Positions 10,479 to 22,036 of a stretch of DNA of 64,000 nt are shown piece by piece. The stretch's first letter is position 1. Each line of letters begins with the position of its first letter. This stretch comes from Halioglobus sp. (GTDB lineage: Bacteria; Pseudomonadota; Gammaproteobacteria; Pseudomonadales; Halieaceae): assembly GCA_965223475.1 (NCBI GenBank), contig OZ244998.1, forward strand, positions 2,054,553-2,118,552, given 5' to 3'. The notes under the pieces were generated by a model, which saw only the letters and a program-made list of their open reading frames with translations, did not search any database and was not told the origin of the DNA. A program made the translations under genes and the position numbers.

Positions 10479-11372
10479 CTATGAACCACCTACGGGCGCT
10501 CCCGCCACACTGTCGAATGTCACCCACTCCCAAGCTTCAGATTGAGCGAGCAAAGCCCTCACAGCAAGGTTATTGAGACTGTGCCCCGATTTAAAGGCGC
10601 TAAATTCGCCGATGAGAGGAGCGCCTAACAGCGCCAAGTCTCCCACCGCATCCAAGACTTTGTGACGAACCGGTTCGTCTGGCCAGCGCATGCCACCTGT
10701 GTTGACCACACCCTCAGTACTTAACAGCAGCGCGTTATCTAAGGTACCGCCCAATGCCAGCCCTTTGGCGTGTAATTGTGTCACGTCCTCCTCAAACCCG
10801 AAGGTGCGGGCGCGACTCAGTTGTGTGCCGAAGTCCTCGCGGCTGAGATCGATATCTAGGTGCGCAGTATCACCGCATAAAAACGGATGGTCATAATCCA
10901 GCGTAAAGTTAATTTTAAAGCCTGCAAATGGGTGGAAAGCTGCACACTTATCTCCCTGCTCAACTTGAACGCTATCAATCACGCGCAGAAAACGTTTATG
11001 GGCCGCCTGTTGTTGCACGCCTAGCGCTTGGATGAGTTCGACGAATGGCGCGGCGCTGCCATCTAAGATGGGCACCTCCGGGGCATCGAGCTCAATAATC
11101 ACATTGTCGAGGGCAAGCCCAAAAAGAGCGGCGAGTAAGTGTTCGACTGTATCTACTGCAGCATTTGCTCGAGCAAGACAGGTACAAAACTGGGTGCGGG
11201 TCACATACTGCGCTTGCGCAGGAATCTCAGTCAGCGGCCATAAATCGACACGTCGAAAAACAATACCCGTGTCAGGTGGAGCCGGTAGTAGGCGCAGTGT
11301 AACTTCGGCGCCGGAATGCAATCCCGTGCCCTGTATCGCCACAGCGCTCGCCAGCGTGTGCTGTTGCAGCAA
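10479..11372 (-). CDS. lpxC: UDP-3-O-acyl-N-acetylglucosamine deacetylase LpxC (divergent; TTG start)
   Basis: TVEH, DGSAAPF, SRARTFGF, RHKVLDAVGD, KSGH; follows ftsZ; AGGGAG SD before TTG. Confidence 0.93.
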   Translation of the reverse strand: MLQQHTLASAVAIQGTGLHSGAEVTLRLLPAPPDTGIVFRRVDLWPLTEIPAQAQYVTRTQFCTCLARANAAVDTVEHLLAALFGLALDNVIIELDAPEVPILDGSAAPFVELIQALGVQQQAAHKRFLRVIDSVQVEQGDKCAAFHPFAGFKINFTLDYDHPFLCGDTAHLDIDLSREDFGTQLSRARTFGFEEDVTQLHAKGLALGGTLDNALLLSTEGVVNTGGMRWPDEPVRHKVLDAVGDLALLGAPLIGEFSAFKSGHSLNNLAVRALLAQSEAWEWVTFDSVAGAPVGGS

Positions 11373-11376
11373 AAGA

Positions 11377-11422
11377 CTCTCCCTGTGCTTTCCCAGTACT
11401 TTCCCAGTACTTTCCCAGTACT
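11377..11422. repeat. 11-bp tandem repeat (CTTTCCCAGTA x3 plus one degenerate copy containing the lpxC SD)
   Basis: Perfect copies at 11388, 11399, 11410; degenerate CTCTCCCTGTG at 11377. Confidence 0.9.
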
Positions 11423-11430
11423 CACCCGAA

Positions 11431-11461
11431 ACTTCCCCGAACGTGCAACCGCCGGGGAAGT
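11431..11461 (-). terminator. 9-bp stem-loop between ftsZ and lpxC (weak U-tract; possible attenuating terminator)
   Basis: ACTTCCCCG (11431-11439) and CGGGGAAGT (11453-11461) are a perfect inverted repeat. Confidence 0.5.
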
Positions 11462-11493
11462 GGGGAGTAATAATCTGCCGTCGTGCCTACAGT

Positions 11494-12684
11494 TTAGTCA
11501 GCTTGGCGGCGAAGGAAAGCCGGAACATCGAAATAAGAATCGCTGCCCCGTTCGCTGCGGCGCATGGCTGTCGGTCGATCCAGCTCTGCGTAGTTAGGTG
11601 CTTCCTCAGCAGAGGCTGCGGGCGCGGGTGCGGCAGCCGCCTGAGCAGCGGCAGGCGCCGATTCCACGACTTGCAGCGGCGCTGAGCGCGCGGCTTCGGC
11701 ACCCAAACCGGTGGCCACAACTGTCACCTTCAGCTCTTCTTTCATGTCTTCATCGATAACCGTACCGACAACGACTGTCGCTTCTTCCGAGGCAAACTCT
11801 TCTACGATGTCACCCACCTCGGAGAATTCTCCCAGTGCCAAATCGTGCCCGGCGGTGATATTCACTAGAATGCCGCGTGCACCGGCGAGATTGATGTCAT
11901 CCAACAGCGGGCTGTTGATGGCCTTTTCCGCCGCTTCACGCGCGCGATCATCACCGCGACCGTGACCCGTGCCCATCATCGCCATACCCATTTCAGACAT
12001 CACTGTACGCACATCGGCGAAGTCGACGTTGATCATACCCGGCCGGATGATCAAATCGGCTATACCCTGCACGGCACCGAGCAGCACATCATTGGCCTCT
12101 TTGAAGGCGTCGATCAAACTAGTGTTTTTGCCCAGTACCTCGAGCAGCTTCTCATTGGGAATGGTGATTAAAGAATCCACATGCTGTTGCAGCTCGGCCA
12201 CACCTTCGAGCGCGATTTTCAAACGCTTGCGCCCTTCGAAGGGAAAAGGACGCGTCACTACAGCAACTGTCAGAATTCCCATCTCGCGAGCGACTTCCGC
12301 CACCACCGGCGCACCGCCAGTACCCGTACCGCCACCCATACCGGCGGTAATGAATACCATATCCGCACCTTCCAGTGCGTCGGCAATACGATCGCGATCT
12401 TCCATCGCTGCCGCGCGGCCGATGTCTGGATCGGCACCGGCGCCCAGCCCCTTGGTGATGTCGCCGCCAAGTTGCAGAACCGTCTTTGAATCGATGCCGG
12501 TCAAGGCCTGCGCATCCGTGTTGGCGCAGATAAAATCTACGCCATCCACGCTGTTATCGATCATGTGCTTGACAGCGTTGCCGCCACCTCCGCCCACGCC
12601 GATGACTTTGATGACGGCATCAGTTTTTACATTGTCGATTAATTCAAACATGGTGTTACTCCCCTTTTTTATGAAATGCCCCAC
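11494..12684 (-). CDS. ftsZ: Cell division protein FtsZ (start may be the second Met, 12651)
   Basis: [19 protein letters not shown] tubulin signature, INVDFADV, C-terminal [11 protein letters not shown]. Confidence 0.99.
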   Translation of the reverse strand: MGHFIKKGSNTMFELIDNVKTDAVIKVIGVGGGGGNAVKHMIDNSVDGVDFICANTDAQALTGIDSKTVLQLGGDITKGLGAGADPDIGRAAAMEDRDRIADALEGADMVFITAGMGGGTGTGGAPVVAEVAREMGILTVAVVTRPFPFEGRKRLKIALEGVAELQQHVDSLITIPNEKLLEVLGKNTSLIDAFKEANDVLLGAVQGIADLIIRPGMINVDFADVRTVMSEMGMAMMGTGHGRGDDRAREAAEKAINSPLLDDINLAGARGILVNITAGHDLALGEFSEVGDIVEEFASEEATVVVGTVIDEDMKEELKVTVVATGLGAEAARSAPLQVVESAPAAAQAAAAPAPAASAEEAPNYAELDRPTAMRRSERGSDSYFDVPAFLRRQAD

Positions 12685-12736
12685 TCCTGTGCGGCGGTTG
12701 CTACTGCATTACTGCAATACTGCTACTACAAAAAAC

Positions 12737-13975
12737 CTAAAAATTACTCTGCAACCAAGTTTTCACCCGGCCCAACCAACTCTCGCCGGAGCCCGCAGCG
12801 GAACCCGCGCCGAACCCGGTATCCATGTGTGCTTCTGCACCATACATCAGCAGCCCCACACCCGTGGCGTAAATAGGGTTGCGCACAATGTCATTCAACC
12901 CCTCGACACTCTGCGGATAACCGACTCGCACCGGCATGTGAAAAATCTCTTCCGCTAACTCGACCACACCTTCCATTTTGGAAGTACCGCCGGTGAGTAC
13001 GATGCCCGCTGGCACCAAATCTTCATAACCGGAGTTGCGCAGCTCTTTTTGAATAAGCGAAAATAATTCGTCGTAACGCGGTTCCACCACTTCCGCCAGT
13101 GCTTGTCGCGACAAATCTCTTGGCGGACGATCACCAACACTAGGGACTTTGATAGTTTCATCCGCACCCGCCAACTGCGTGAGTGCACAGGCGTACTTAA
13201 TTTTGATTTCCTCTGCATGCTGTGTCGGTGTGCGCAGTGCCATGGCGATGTCGTTAGTCACTTGATCGCCGGCGATGGGAATAACACCGGTGTAGCGAAT
13301 AGAGCCGTCGGTGAAGATCGCGATGTCGGTCGTGCCACCACCGATATCGACTAAACAGGCACCCAACTCACGCTCATCTTCGGTGAGTACCGAATAGCTC
13401 GACGCGAGTTGCTCTAAAATGACATCCTCCACTTCCAACCCGTACCGGCGAATACACTTCTCAATGTTCTGCGCGGCGTTTGCCGCACAAATCACCAGGT
13501 GTACTTTTGCTTCGAGACGAACACCGGACATCCCCAAAGGCTCCTTAATACCCTCTTGGTGATCGATAACGTACTCCTGCGGCAGAATGTGCAGGATTTT
13601 TTGATCTGCAGGTACCGCGAGAGCCTGTGCCGCGTCAATGACGCGTTCCAGATCGTGTGGAAATACTTCCCTATCTTTTATGGCAACTGCACCGTGGGAA
13701 TTCAGACTGCGAATATGACTGCCGGCTATACCAGCGTAGACTGAGTGAATCTGACAGCCCGCCATCAACTCCGCCTCTTCGACTGCGCGTTGAATGGACT
13801 GGACGGTGGATTCGATATTAATCACCACACCCTTCTTCATACCCTTTGAGGGATGTGAACCGATGCCCACCACTTCGATAGCGCCATCCGGCCCCACCTC
13901 ACCGACAATTGCCACGACTTTGGATGTCCCAATATCCAAGCCGACGATTAAATTTTTGTCCTGCGCGCTGCCCAT
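12737..13975 (-). CDS. ftsA: Cell division protein FtsA
   Basis: GLDIGTSK, VDIGGGTTD, VLTGG, YATGVGLL. Confidence 0.98.
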   Translation of the reverse strand: MGSAQDKNLIVGLDIGTSKVVAIVGEVGPDGAIEVVGIGSHPSKGMKKGVVINIESTVQSIQRAVEEAELMAGCQIHSVYAGIAGSHIRSLNSHGAVAIKDREVFPHDLERVIDAAQALAVPADQKILHILPQEYVIDHQEGIKEPLGMSGVRLEAKVHLVICAANAAQNIEKCIRRYGLEVEDVILEQLASSYSVLTEDERELGACLVDIGGGTTDIAIFTDGSIRYTGVIPIAGDQVTNDIAMALRTPTQHAEEIKIKYACALTQLAGADETIKVPSVGDRPPRDLSRQALAEVVEPRYDELFSLIQKELRNSGYEDLVPAGIVLTGGTSKMEGVVELAEEIFHMPVRVGYPQSVEGLNDIVRNPIYATGVGLLMYGAEAHMDTGFGAGSAAGSGESWLGRVKTWLQSNF

Positions 13976-13989
13976 GGCAGTGTCTCCCC

Positions 13990-14967
13990 CTATCCGTCCC
14001 GACTGGCCGTTCTTAGTGCAGTGTCTTCTGTGCCACGCCGAAAGGCGACGGCAGCACCGCTGGCGTAGCGCAGATCAACGCTCGCTATGGCCGCCTGCTG
14101 TCCTGCTAACTCCCGACGATAGAGTGCAACAAAACGATGCACCCGCGCCAAAAATGCCGTGTTGCCCAAGCTCAAGTGCATACCCCCCTCGAGTTCAACA
14201 TCCAAGTGGCCGCGCTCGTCCATCCCCAATTCGCTGACGCGCAATTCGAGAGGCGCGAGCAACTCCACCAAGCGCTGGTATTTCGCCACCAATACCTGTG
14301 CACTGCCGCTGGGCCCTCGCAGGCGCGGTAGGTCTTGTCCCGCTTCACCCGTATCCGTGCGAAAAATACCGCCCTCGTGATTGAGAAAACCCTGGTCGCC
14401 CCAGCGGGCAATGGGTAATTGTTCTACTACATGTATCTCCAATGCATTTGGCCAGTGCCGCCGCACCGTGGCTTTGAAAATCCAAGGTAAGCTTTGCAAC
14501 TGTTCGCGAATTACCTGTAAATCAGCGCGTAAAAAACCGTCGGCGATGGCGGGCTCTACGAGCGCCTTCACGGCTTTGGCTTGAGTTCGTTCCAGCTCGC
14601 CAGTTACCGTAATGCGCTCGACGGCAGTGCGTTGCAAATGATCGTAACCGCGCACAGCCAAGGCTCCGACAAACACCGCGCAAACTATCACCAACAACGC
14701 ATTCAACCAGAGTGTGTGTCGGCGCAGAGCGGACTGACGCGCTGCGGTTCTGCCTGCTTGAGGCTCCTGCCGTGGTATTTGCTGACTCTGTGCCTGTGAC
14801 ATTGCTAGCGCACGCTTGGTGGGGTTACGCGTTGCGCCGTGTGTGGCACCGTGTGTGGTGTTGCGACGATTAGTTCGTCCATGCCAACCAATGGCCGTTG
14901 CCCGCATGGAGGCCGAGTGATTGCCGCGAGAAGTGCGCTGAGAATTCCTGTTGTGCTTCGTCGACAT
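13990..14967 (-). CDS. ftsQ: Cell division protein FtsQ with long basic N-terminus
   Basis: TM helix, POTRA region LQSLPWI...VRRHWPNAL, ARWG, VDLRY; ATG directly follows ddl TAG. Confidence 0.92.
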   Translation of the reverse strand: MSTKHNRNSQRTSRGNHSASMRATAIGWHGRTNRRNTTHGATHGATRNPTKRALAMSQAQSQQIPRQEPQAGRTAARQSALRRHTLWLNALLVIVCAVFVGALAVRGYDHLQRTAVERITVTGELERTQAKAVKALVEPAIADGFLRADLQVIREQLQSLPWIFKATVRRHWPNALEIHVVEQLPIARWGDQGFLNHEGGIFRTDTGEAGQDLPRLRGPSGSAQVLVAKYQRLVELLAPLELRVSELGMDERGHLDVELEGGMHLSLGNTAFLARVHRFVALYRRELAGQQAAIASVDLRYASGAAVAFRRGTEDTALRTASRDG

Positions 14968-15885
14968 CTACCGCACCTCTTGTAGGCTGAGATCAACAAT
15001 GCGCTGCACCAGCGCAGGCATATCTAAACCTGTTGCTGCGGCTGCCATGGGAACTAGGCTGTGCGAAGTCATGCCGGGAACGGTATTGACTTCCAAGACC
15101 CAGAATTTTCCCGCCGCATCGCGCATCAAGTCGACTCGCCCCCAAACGCAACAGGACAATGCTGCGAAAGCGCGCAGGGACAATGCCGCAATCTCTGACT
15201 CCTCTGCGGCGGTTAATCCACTGGGCAAGTGATAGTGGGTGCTGTCCGATTCGTATTTTGCCTGGTAGTCATAAAAGGTATTTTCCGTCTCCAGACGAAT
15301 CGACGGTAATGCCTCTTCGCCAAGTATTGCGACGGTGTACTCCGGACCATCGATAAATTGCTCGGCGATCACGTGGGGGCCATATTGCCGCGCATTGGCA
15401 TAGGCGCTGGCGAGTGCGTCGCCACTGTCAGTACGTGCCATACCCAGACTAGAACCCTCGTATAGGGGCTTCACAAACACCGCGCCTAGCTTGGCGATCA
15501 CTGCATCCCAATCGGTACCGTCGTGCAGTGTTTCAAAATCAGCCGTTGGAATACCAACACCTCGCCACAATTGCTTGCTGCTGCGCTTATCCAGGGCCAG
15601 CGCTGAACCCAGTACGCCGGTACCCGTGTAGGGTATGTCCAGTAACTGTAGGGCGCCCTGAATGCTGCCATCCTCACCACCGGGGCCGTGCAATGCGATA
15701 AAAGCTATCTGACAACCTTGTAATCGCCGCTGCCAATTCACCTCTTGCGTGTCCACTCCGAAGGCATCGATACCAGCTCCCTCGAACGCCGCCAGCACCG
15801 CCGCGCCACTTTGCAAGGAGATGTCGCGCTCCGCGGATGTGCCACCCATCAGTACCGCCACTTTGCCAGTACTCGCTGTATTCAT
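14968..15885 (-). CDS. ddl: D-alanine-D-alanine ligase
   Basis: [41 protein letters not shown]. Confidence 0.97.
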   Translation of the reverse strand: MNTASTGKVAVLMGGTSAERDISLQSGAAVLAAFEGAGIDAFGVDTQEVNWQRRLQGCQIAFIALHGPGGEDGSIQGALQLLDIPYTGTGVLGSALALDKRSSKQLWRGVGIPTADFETLHDGTDWDAVIAKLGAVFVKPLYEGSSLGMARTDSGDALASAYANARQYGPHVIAEQFIDGPEYTVAILGEEALPSIRLETENTFYDYQAKYESDSTHYHLPSGLTAAEESEIAALSLRAFAALSCCVWGRVDLMRDAAGKFWVLEVNTVPGMTSHSLVPMAAAATGLDMPALVQRIVDLSLQEVR

Positions 15886-17312
15886 GCGCGCACCGCCTCA
15901 GCGGTCGCCGCCAGTTCTTGTGCCAGTCGCGCGATATCGCCCGCGCCCTGGGTGACCACAACATCGCCATCCGCGACCAAACCTGCCAGCAACTCGGGCA
16001 CGGCTTCGATTTTCTCGGCGAAGACCGGGTCGATCTGACCGCGCTGGCGAATACTGCGGCTTAGGCTGCGGCTATCTGCTCCTGGGATAGCTTCCTCACC
16101 TGCGGCAAACTCCTCCAACAGCACCAAGACGTCACAGTTCGATAACACCGCCACAAAATCTTCGTACAAATCTCGGGTGCGGGTATAGCGATGCGGCTGG
16201 TACACCATCACGACACGCCGCCCCGGCCAGGCCGCTCGCACAGCGTCTAAGGTGGCGCGCACTTCGGTCGGATGGTGTCCGTAGTCATCCACCAACAGTG
16301 CGACACCCTGCGCAAACGGTATTTCGCCGTACTGGGTAAAACGCCGTCCGACGCCGGAAAACTGTGCCAGCGCCTGTGCTATTGCAGCGCCTTCCAAGCC
16401 CTCGTCACAGGCGACAGCGATAGCAGCAGTCGCATTGAGAACATTGTGCTTACCGGGCATGTTAAGTGTGATCATCAATGGGCTCGAATCACCAGGGCGC
16501 CGCACGGTGAAGTGCGTGCGCACGCCCTCAGCGCGCAAATCGGTGATTCGATAATCCGCGTCCTCCGCAAAACCGTAGGTCACCACCGGGCGCGACACGG
16601 AAGGCATCAAGTCGCGGCATTCCGGGTCGTCGATGCACAGCACTGCGAGCCCATAAAAAGGCAGGTTGTGAAGAAAATCCAAGAAGGTCTGGCGCAGGGC
16701 GGAAAAATCTCCACCATAGGTTTCCATGTGGTCGGCTTCGATGTTGGTCACGACCGCCACCATCGGCTGCAAATGCAAAAAAGAGGCATCGCTTTCGTCT
16801 GCCTCTGCCAGCAAAAAACGACTTGCGCCCAGTTGTGCGTTGCTACCAGTGCTATTGACCAAGCCGCCGATGACGAAGGTCGGATCTAGACCCGCACCGG
16901 CAAAAATTGCGGCCAGCAAGCTGGTGGTGGTCGTCTTGCCATGCGTGCCGGCGACAGCGATACCGTGCCGATAGCGCATCAATTCCGCCAACATCTCCGC
17001 GCGCGGCACGATTGGGATGCGTTGCTCACGCGCCGCTACCACCTCAGGGTTATTCTCATCGACCGCGCTGGATGTCACCACCACATCCGCCTCGCGCAGA
17101 TTTTCGCTGCAATGGCCGATGGCAATGTCCACGCCAATGTCCGCCAAGCGCTGCGTGACCACACCGGCTCGCAGATCAGATCCTGCCACCTCATAGCCCA
17201 AGTTCACCAACACTTCTGCGATGCCACTCATACCCGCACCGCCGATACCGATCATGTGAATGCGTCGAATGCGGCGCATCTCGGGTACGCGATAGATGCT
17301 TTTACTATCCAC
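15882..17312 (-). CDS. murC: UDP-N-acetylmuramate-L-alanine ligase
   Basis: [37 protein letters not shown]. Confidence 0.98.
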   Translation of the reverse strand: MDSKSIYRVPEMRRIRRIHMIGIGGAGMSGIAEVLVNLGYEVAGSDLRAGVVTQRLADIGVDIAIGHCSENLREADVVVTSSAVDENNPEVVAAREQRIPIVPRAEMLAELMRYRHGIAVAGTHGKTTTTSLLAAIFAGAGLDPTFVIGGLVNSTGSNAQLGASRFLLAEADESDASFLHLQPMVAVVTNIEADHMETYGGDFSALRQTFLDFLHNLPFYGLAVLCIDDPECRDLMPSVSRPVVTYGFAEDADYRITDLRAEGVRTHFTVRRPGDSSPLMITLNMPGKHNVLNATAAIAVACDEGLEGAAIAQALAQFSGVGRRFTQYGEIPFAQGVALLVDDYGHHPTEVRATLDAVRAAWPGRRVVMVYQPHRYTRTRDLYEDFVAVLSNCDVLVLLEEFAAGEEAIPGADSRSLSRSIRQRGQIDPVFAEKIEAVPELLAGLVADGDVVVTQGAGDIARLAQELAATAEAVRA

Positions 17313-18432
17313 GCCCCATCACCTCCTGTGCGATGTCGCAGACCCGCTGCGCCGAATTGGGTTGCGCCACACGACGCGCAGCGACCGCCATCGTCACCAA
17401 ACGCTGCGGTTCTCGAGCGATGTCGTTGAGCAAGGCCGCGAGGGATTCGCCAGACAAATTGTCCTGTGGTAACAGGATGGCCGCACCACTGTCGGTAAGC
17501 ACGCGAGCGTTGGCGTTTTGATGATCGTCGATGGCGCTCGGCAGTGGAACTAACACGGCGGGCTGACCCATCACCGCCAACTCCGCAACGGTCAAAGCAC
17601 CGGCGCGACACACAACGATGTCAGCCCAGCCATAAGCCGCAGCCATGTCTTCAATAAAGGGTTCTACACGCAGCGCTGGGCCAATCAGTTCACCGTAGGC
17701 GTTGCGCAGTGTCACCAAGTGAGTTTCACCACTTTGGTGCAACACTTCCAAGGCGTTGCCAGAGCTGCGCACCAGCGGCAGCGCCTCTACCAATGCTTCA
17801 TTGATCGCCTGCGCCCCGAGACTGCCACCCAATACCAATAGTCGCAGCGCCCGCTGCTCGATATCTCGTTCAAGGTGGCGAGAAGCTTCTGCCGCTGAAA
17901 CGAGATCCGCGCGCACCGGGTTACCGACAGTCTCACTGGCACAATCGCGCACAAAGGGTTTATCGAAACCGGTTAACACACGAGTCGCCAAGGGTGCCAA
18001 CAAACGATTGGTACTGCCTGCAACAGCGTTTTGCTCGTGCACGATAAGGGGTTTGCGCAACAACCATGCGGCAATACCACCCGGCGCCGCCACATAGCCG
18101 CCCATGCCAATCACGCAGGCTGGTGCCCTGCGCAGCAACAGCCAAAATGCCTGGCAAATGGCTACGCCGAGAAAAAAGAGCGCGGCAAGCTTCGCCAGCA
18201 ACCCTTTACCGCGCACGCCGCGAACCGCCAGATAGTGTAATTTCAATTTTGCGGCGGGCACGACGCGCTCTTCCAGCCCGCGACGCGTGCCTAACCACTC
18301 CACGCGGTATCCGCGTGCTAGCAATTCCGTAGCGACGGCTAGCGCGGGGTACACATGACCGCCAGTGCCACCGGCCATCATCAACACTAACGGTTGCAGT
18401 GAAGAATCAAGTGCAGAATTGAGCGCAGCCAC
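17305..18432 (-). CDS. murG: Glycosyltransferase MurG
   Basis: [37 protein letters not shown]. Confidence 0.97.
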   Translation of the reverse strand: MAALNSALDSSLQPLVLMMAGGTGGHVYPALAVATELLARGYRVEWLGTRRGLEERVVPAAKLKLHYLAVRGVRGKGLLAKLAALFFLGVAICQAFWLLLRRAPACVIGMGGYVAAPGGIAAWLLRKPLIVHEQNAVAGSTNRLLAPLATRVLTGFDKPFVRDCASETVGNPVRADLVSAAEASRHLERDIEQRALRLLVLGGSLGAQAINEALVEALPLVRSSGNALEVLHQSGETHLVTLRNAYGELIGPALRVEPFIEDMAAAYGWADIVVCRAGALTVAELAVMGQPAVLVPLPSAIDDHQNANARVLTDSGAAILLPQDNLSGESLAALLNDIAREPQRLVTMAVAARRVAQPNSAQRVCDIAQEVMGRG

Positions 18433-19583
18433 TAGCGCATCCTCGCATTGGCTAGCACCAGACGCGTGTCGAGATCAATACGCAACACCAGCGCCAACAT
18501 CATGCAGCAGACAATTAAACTGCTGCCACCATAGCTCACTAACGGCAGGGTCAACCCCTTGGTCGGCAGCAAGCCCGAAGTCACACCCATATTGATGAAA
18601 GCCTGGCCCGAAAATATCAGCGCCACGCCATAGCAAATATAGGCACCGAAGGCATCACCGGCGCGCAGCGCGCGTTGAGCTACCCAAAAAATGCGACCAA
18701 CCAGTGCCGCGAAAATTAACATGACTGCCAACGCGCCGATAAAACCCGTCTCCTCCGCCCACACGGAAAAAACGAAATCCGTATGCGCCTCGGGCAGATA
18801 AAATAACTTTTGCACGCTGTTACCCAGGCCCACGCCCAACCATTCACCGCGCCCAAACGCAATCAACGATTGCACCAGCTGAAAGCCGCTACCGTAAGGG
18901 TCGGCCCAGGGATCGGTATAAGCCACAAGACGCTTTAGTCGATAGGGCTCGCTGACCACCAACCACACCAATCCAGCCATGGCGCCAAGTGAGCAAATCA
19001 CAAAGGCACTCAAACGCGCACCCCCGAGGAACAACATGCCCATTGCCGTCGCCCCGAGAATAACAGTGGAACCAAAGTCCGGTTCCAGTAACAGCAGTGC
19101 GGCGACGACGCCCAATAAAACGACGGGTTTAATAAACCCCACCCAGGCCTCGCGCATCTCGCGCTCACGGCGCACCATATAACCCGCCAATGCGACCAAA
19201 GTCGCCAGTTTGGCGAATTCCGACGGTTGCAACGTGAATGGACCTAAGCCGATCCAGCGATGACTGCCATTGACTTCGCGACCGATACCGGGGATCAAAA
19301 CCATCACCAGCCCAACGAGCGCCAACAACAGCCACAACCAACCGGTTTGCAACCAAAACGCCGGCGTTACCTGATAGACAAGGACCGCAGCGATGGCGGC
19401 AATACAGAGATACAATAGATGCCGCTCGGTGTGATACCAGGCACTACCGTAGTTCACCTGGGAAAACTCGACAGACGCGGAGCTGATCGCCACCAGGCCC
19501 ACCGCAAGTAAAGCAACGGTCAAAAATAACAGGCCGAGATCTGGGCCATCGAGCACAAAGTGACGGTAGGCAGGGCGATTCAT
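18432..19583 (-). CDS. ftsW: SEDS peptidoglycan polymerase FtsW
   Basis: QPSEFAK, EPDFGS, LPEAHTDF, LPTKGLTLP..SYGGSS. Confidence 0.97.
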   Translation of the reverse strand: MNRPAYRHFVLDGPDLGLLFLTVALLAVGLVAISSASVEFSQVNYGSAWYHTERHLLYLCIAAIAAVLVYQVTPAFWLQTGWLWLLLALVGLVMVLIPGIGREVNGSHRWIGLGPFTLQPSEFAKLATLVALAGYMVRREREMREAWVGFIKPVVLLGVVAALLLLEPDFGSTVILGATAMGMLFLGGARLSAFVICSLGAMAGLVWLVVSEPYRLKRLVAYTDPWADPYGSGFQLVQSLIAFGRGEWLGVGLGNSVQKLFYLPEAHTDFVFSVWAEETGFIGALAVMLIFAALVGRIFWVAQRALRAGDAFGAYICYGVALIFSGQAFINMGVTSGLLPTKGLTLPLVSYGGSSLIVCCMMLALVLRIDLDTRLVLANARMR

Positions 19584-20944
19584 GCATTCACCTCACCCAG
19601 GGCTTGCACGGCGTCGCGAAACGCCAAACCGCGCGCGACATAGCCGCTGTACATATCAAAACTGGCGCAGGCTGGTGACAACAACACCAAATCGCCCCGC
19701 GTCGCTGATTGCGCCGCCAAGTTGACGGCCTCTTCCAAACCTGTAACGCGCGTGAGCGTGGCACACTCCGCCAACGCCTCTTCGAGTAAAGCGGCGTCCT
19801 CACCAAACAAATACACCTGCTTTACATGTCGGGTCACAGCCTCGCGCAGTGCGCTGAAGTCCGCGCCCTTGCCCTGCCCACCGGCAATCAAATAAATATT
19901 CTTCTCGGCACCCAAGCCCCGCAACGCGGCTTCAGTTGCGCCGACATTGGTACCCTTGGAATCGTCGATGTAACGCACGCCCCGGCGTTCACCGACGAAC
20001 TCACAGCGATGTGGCAGCCCACGAAACTCACGCAGGGTTTGAACCATCGCATCCAGTGGCAGCCCCGCAGCAAATCCCAGGGCCAACGCCGCTAATGCAT
20101 TGGCAATATTATGACGGCCTTGCAAACCCAGCTCCGTCGTTGGCAGCAGTGCATCGAAACCGTGGCAGAGGTGCTCTACGCCCCGCTCTAACCGCAGACC
20201 AAAACCCTGCAAGGATGGCTCACCGAGTCGCCAGCTATGCTGCGCAACATCGGCGGCGACCAACGGCGTCGTCAATGGGTCGTCGAGGTTGACCACGACC
20301 GCTTGCGCGCCCCGGAAAATGCGGTGCTTCGCGCTGTGATAGGCAGGCATGCTGCCGTGGCGATCGAGGTGATCGGCACTGACGTTGAGCACCGTGGCGA
20401 CAGCCAAGTTGAGCTGTGCACTGCGCTCCAATTGAAAACTGGACAACTCCAACACGTACAAGTCACGCTCCGGCGATAAAAGGGCCAATGCCGGTGTGCC
20501 TAAATTGCCCCCCACACCGACATTGCGCCCTGCCCCCCCGGCCATTTGCCCAACTAACTCAGTCACCGTTGATTTCGCGTTTGAGCCGGTAATGCCGATC
20601 ACGGGCGCCTTAGCTTCGCGCACAAACAAATCGATATCGCCAACTACAGGAACATCCGCCGCCAGCGCGCACTGCACAATCGGGTCGTCCATCGCTACAC
20701 CCGGGCTCGCCACCAGTTCCGCAGCGGTTTCAATCAACGCGTGCGGATAGTCGCCGGTGTACACCACTACATTCGGCATCTCTTCCCGCACTTGTGCCAA
20801 CCCCGGTGGGTTGTCGCGCGTATCGACCATCACAAACGGCTGCTCTTTATCGTGTAAAAACCGCGCGCAAGATAGACCCGTGTCCCCGAGGCCAACGACG
20901 ACCCTTGGGCTACTGCTCGCTATTAATTGTGTCGCCACTGCCAT
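19580..20944 (-). CDS. murD: UDP-MurNAc-L-Ala-D-glutamate ligase
   Basis: GSNAKST, ELSSFQL, DHLDRH, DSKGTN, SPACASFD. Confidence 0.97.
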   Translation of the reverse strand: MAVATQLIASSSPRVVVGLGDTGLSCARFLHDKEQPFVMVDTRDNPPGLAQVREEMPNVVVYTGDYPHALIETAAELVASPGVAMDDPIVQCALAADVPVVGDIDLFVREAKAPVIGITGSNAKSTVTELVGQMAGGAGRNVGVGGNLGTPALALLSPERDLYVLELSSFQLERSAQLNLAVATVLNVSADHLDRHGSMPAYHSAKHRIFRGAQAVVVNLDDPLTTPLVAADVAQHSWRLGEPSLQGFGLRLERGVEHLCHGFDALLPTTELGLQGRHNIANALAALALGFAAGLPLDAMVQTLREFRGLPHRCEFVGERRGVRYIDDSKGTNVGATEAALRGLGAEKNIYLIAGGQGKGADFSALREAVTRHVKQVYLFGEDAALLEEALAECATLTRVTGLEEAVNLAAQSATRGDLVLLSPACASFDMYSGYVARGLAFRDAVQALGEVNA

Positions 20945-20950
20945 ACTCGC

Positions 20951-22036
20951 CTAACGCAACTTCAACGTGGCCAGTCCAAACAGGACCAGCATCACGGTAA
21001 TAATCCAGAAACGCACAATGACTCGCGGTTCCGGCCAACCCTTTAACTCGAAGTGATGGTGAATCGGCGCCATGCGAAAAATACGCTTGCCGGTGAGCTG
21101 AAAAGAGGCCACCTGTAAAATGACAGACACCGTCTCCAATACAAAGATGCCGCCCATGATGAAGAACACAATTTCGTGGCGCGTAATCACCGCAACAGTA
21201 CCCAGTGCAGCGCCCAACGCCAGCGCACCGACGTCGCCCATAAAAACTTGGGCGGGATAGGTGTTAAACCACAGAAAACCTAGGCCCGCACCGGCAATAC
21301 CACCACAAAAGACAGCCAGCTCACCGCTGCCGGCGACATAGGGAATGTGTAAGTACTCGGCGAAATCCACGCGCCCAGTGAGATAGGCGATAATGCCCAG
21401 CGCCGTCCCGACCAACACACTGGGTAAAATGGCCAAGCCATCCAGACCGTCAGTGAGATTCACCGCGTTGCTCGCTCCGACGATGACGAAGTAGGTCAGG
21501 ACGATAAACAGCGGGCCCATGCTCCATGCGAAATCTTTAAAAAACGGCACGTACAACTGTGTCGTGACCGGCGTATCAAAAGCGATATATAAAATAAGCC
21601 CCGCGATCAGCCCGATAACGGATTGCCAGAAGTACTTCCAGCGCGCGGGTAGGCCGCGCGGGTTACGCTCGACCACTTTGCGATAGTCATCGACCCACCC
21701 GATGGCACCAAAAGCGAGGGTCACGAACAATGCAATCCACAAATACGGGTTGGTCAAATCGCCCCACAACAAACTGGCCGCAGCAATCCCTACCAATAAC
21801 AGGGAACCACCCATGGTAGGTGTACCCGACTTGCTCAGGTGACTGGCGGGTCCATCGTCGCGCACCGCTTGACCCACCTGATAAAAATTTAAACGGCGGA
21901 TCATGATGGGGCCGACCACCAGCGATATCGCCAGCGCCGTGCCGGCCGCAAGAATGCCGCGTAAAGTCAGGTACTGAAAGACGCTGAAACCGCTTTCAAA
22001 CTGACTGAGAAATTCTGCGAGCAGCAACAACATCAC
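20951..22036 (-). CDS. mraY: Phospho-MurNAc-pentapeptide transferase
   Basis: [35 protein letters not shown]. Confidence 0.98.
   Translation of the reverse strand: MMLLLLAEFLSQFESGFSVFQYLTLRGILAAGTALAISLVVGPIMIRRLNFYQVGQAVRDDGPASHLSKSGTPTMGGSLLLVGIAAASLLWGDLTNPYLWIALFVTLAFGAIGWVDDYRKVVERNPRGLPARWKYFWQSVIGLIAGLILYIAFDTPVTTQLYVPFFKDFAWSMGPLFIVLTYFVIVGASNAVNLTDGLDGLAILPSVLVGTALGIIAYLTGRVDFAEYLHIPYVAGSGELAVFCGGIAGAGLGFLWFNTYPAQVFMGDVGALALGAALGTVAVITRHEIVFFIMGGIFVLETVSVILQVASFQLTGKRIFRMAPIHHHFELKGWPEPRVIVRFWIITVMLVLFGLATLKLR

Noticed and set aside
11969-12958. 329-aa plus-strand ORF opposite ftsZ
   Set aside because: Antisense shadow frame with Ser/Pro/Ile-rich composition and no motif.
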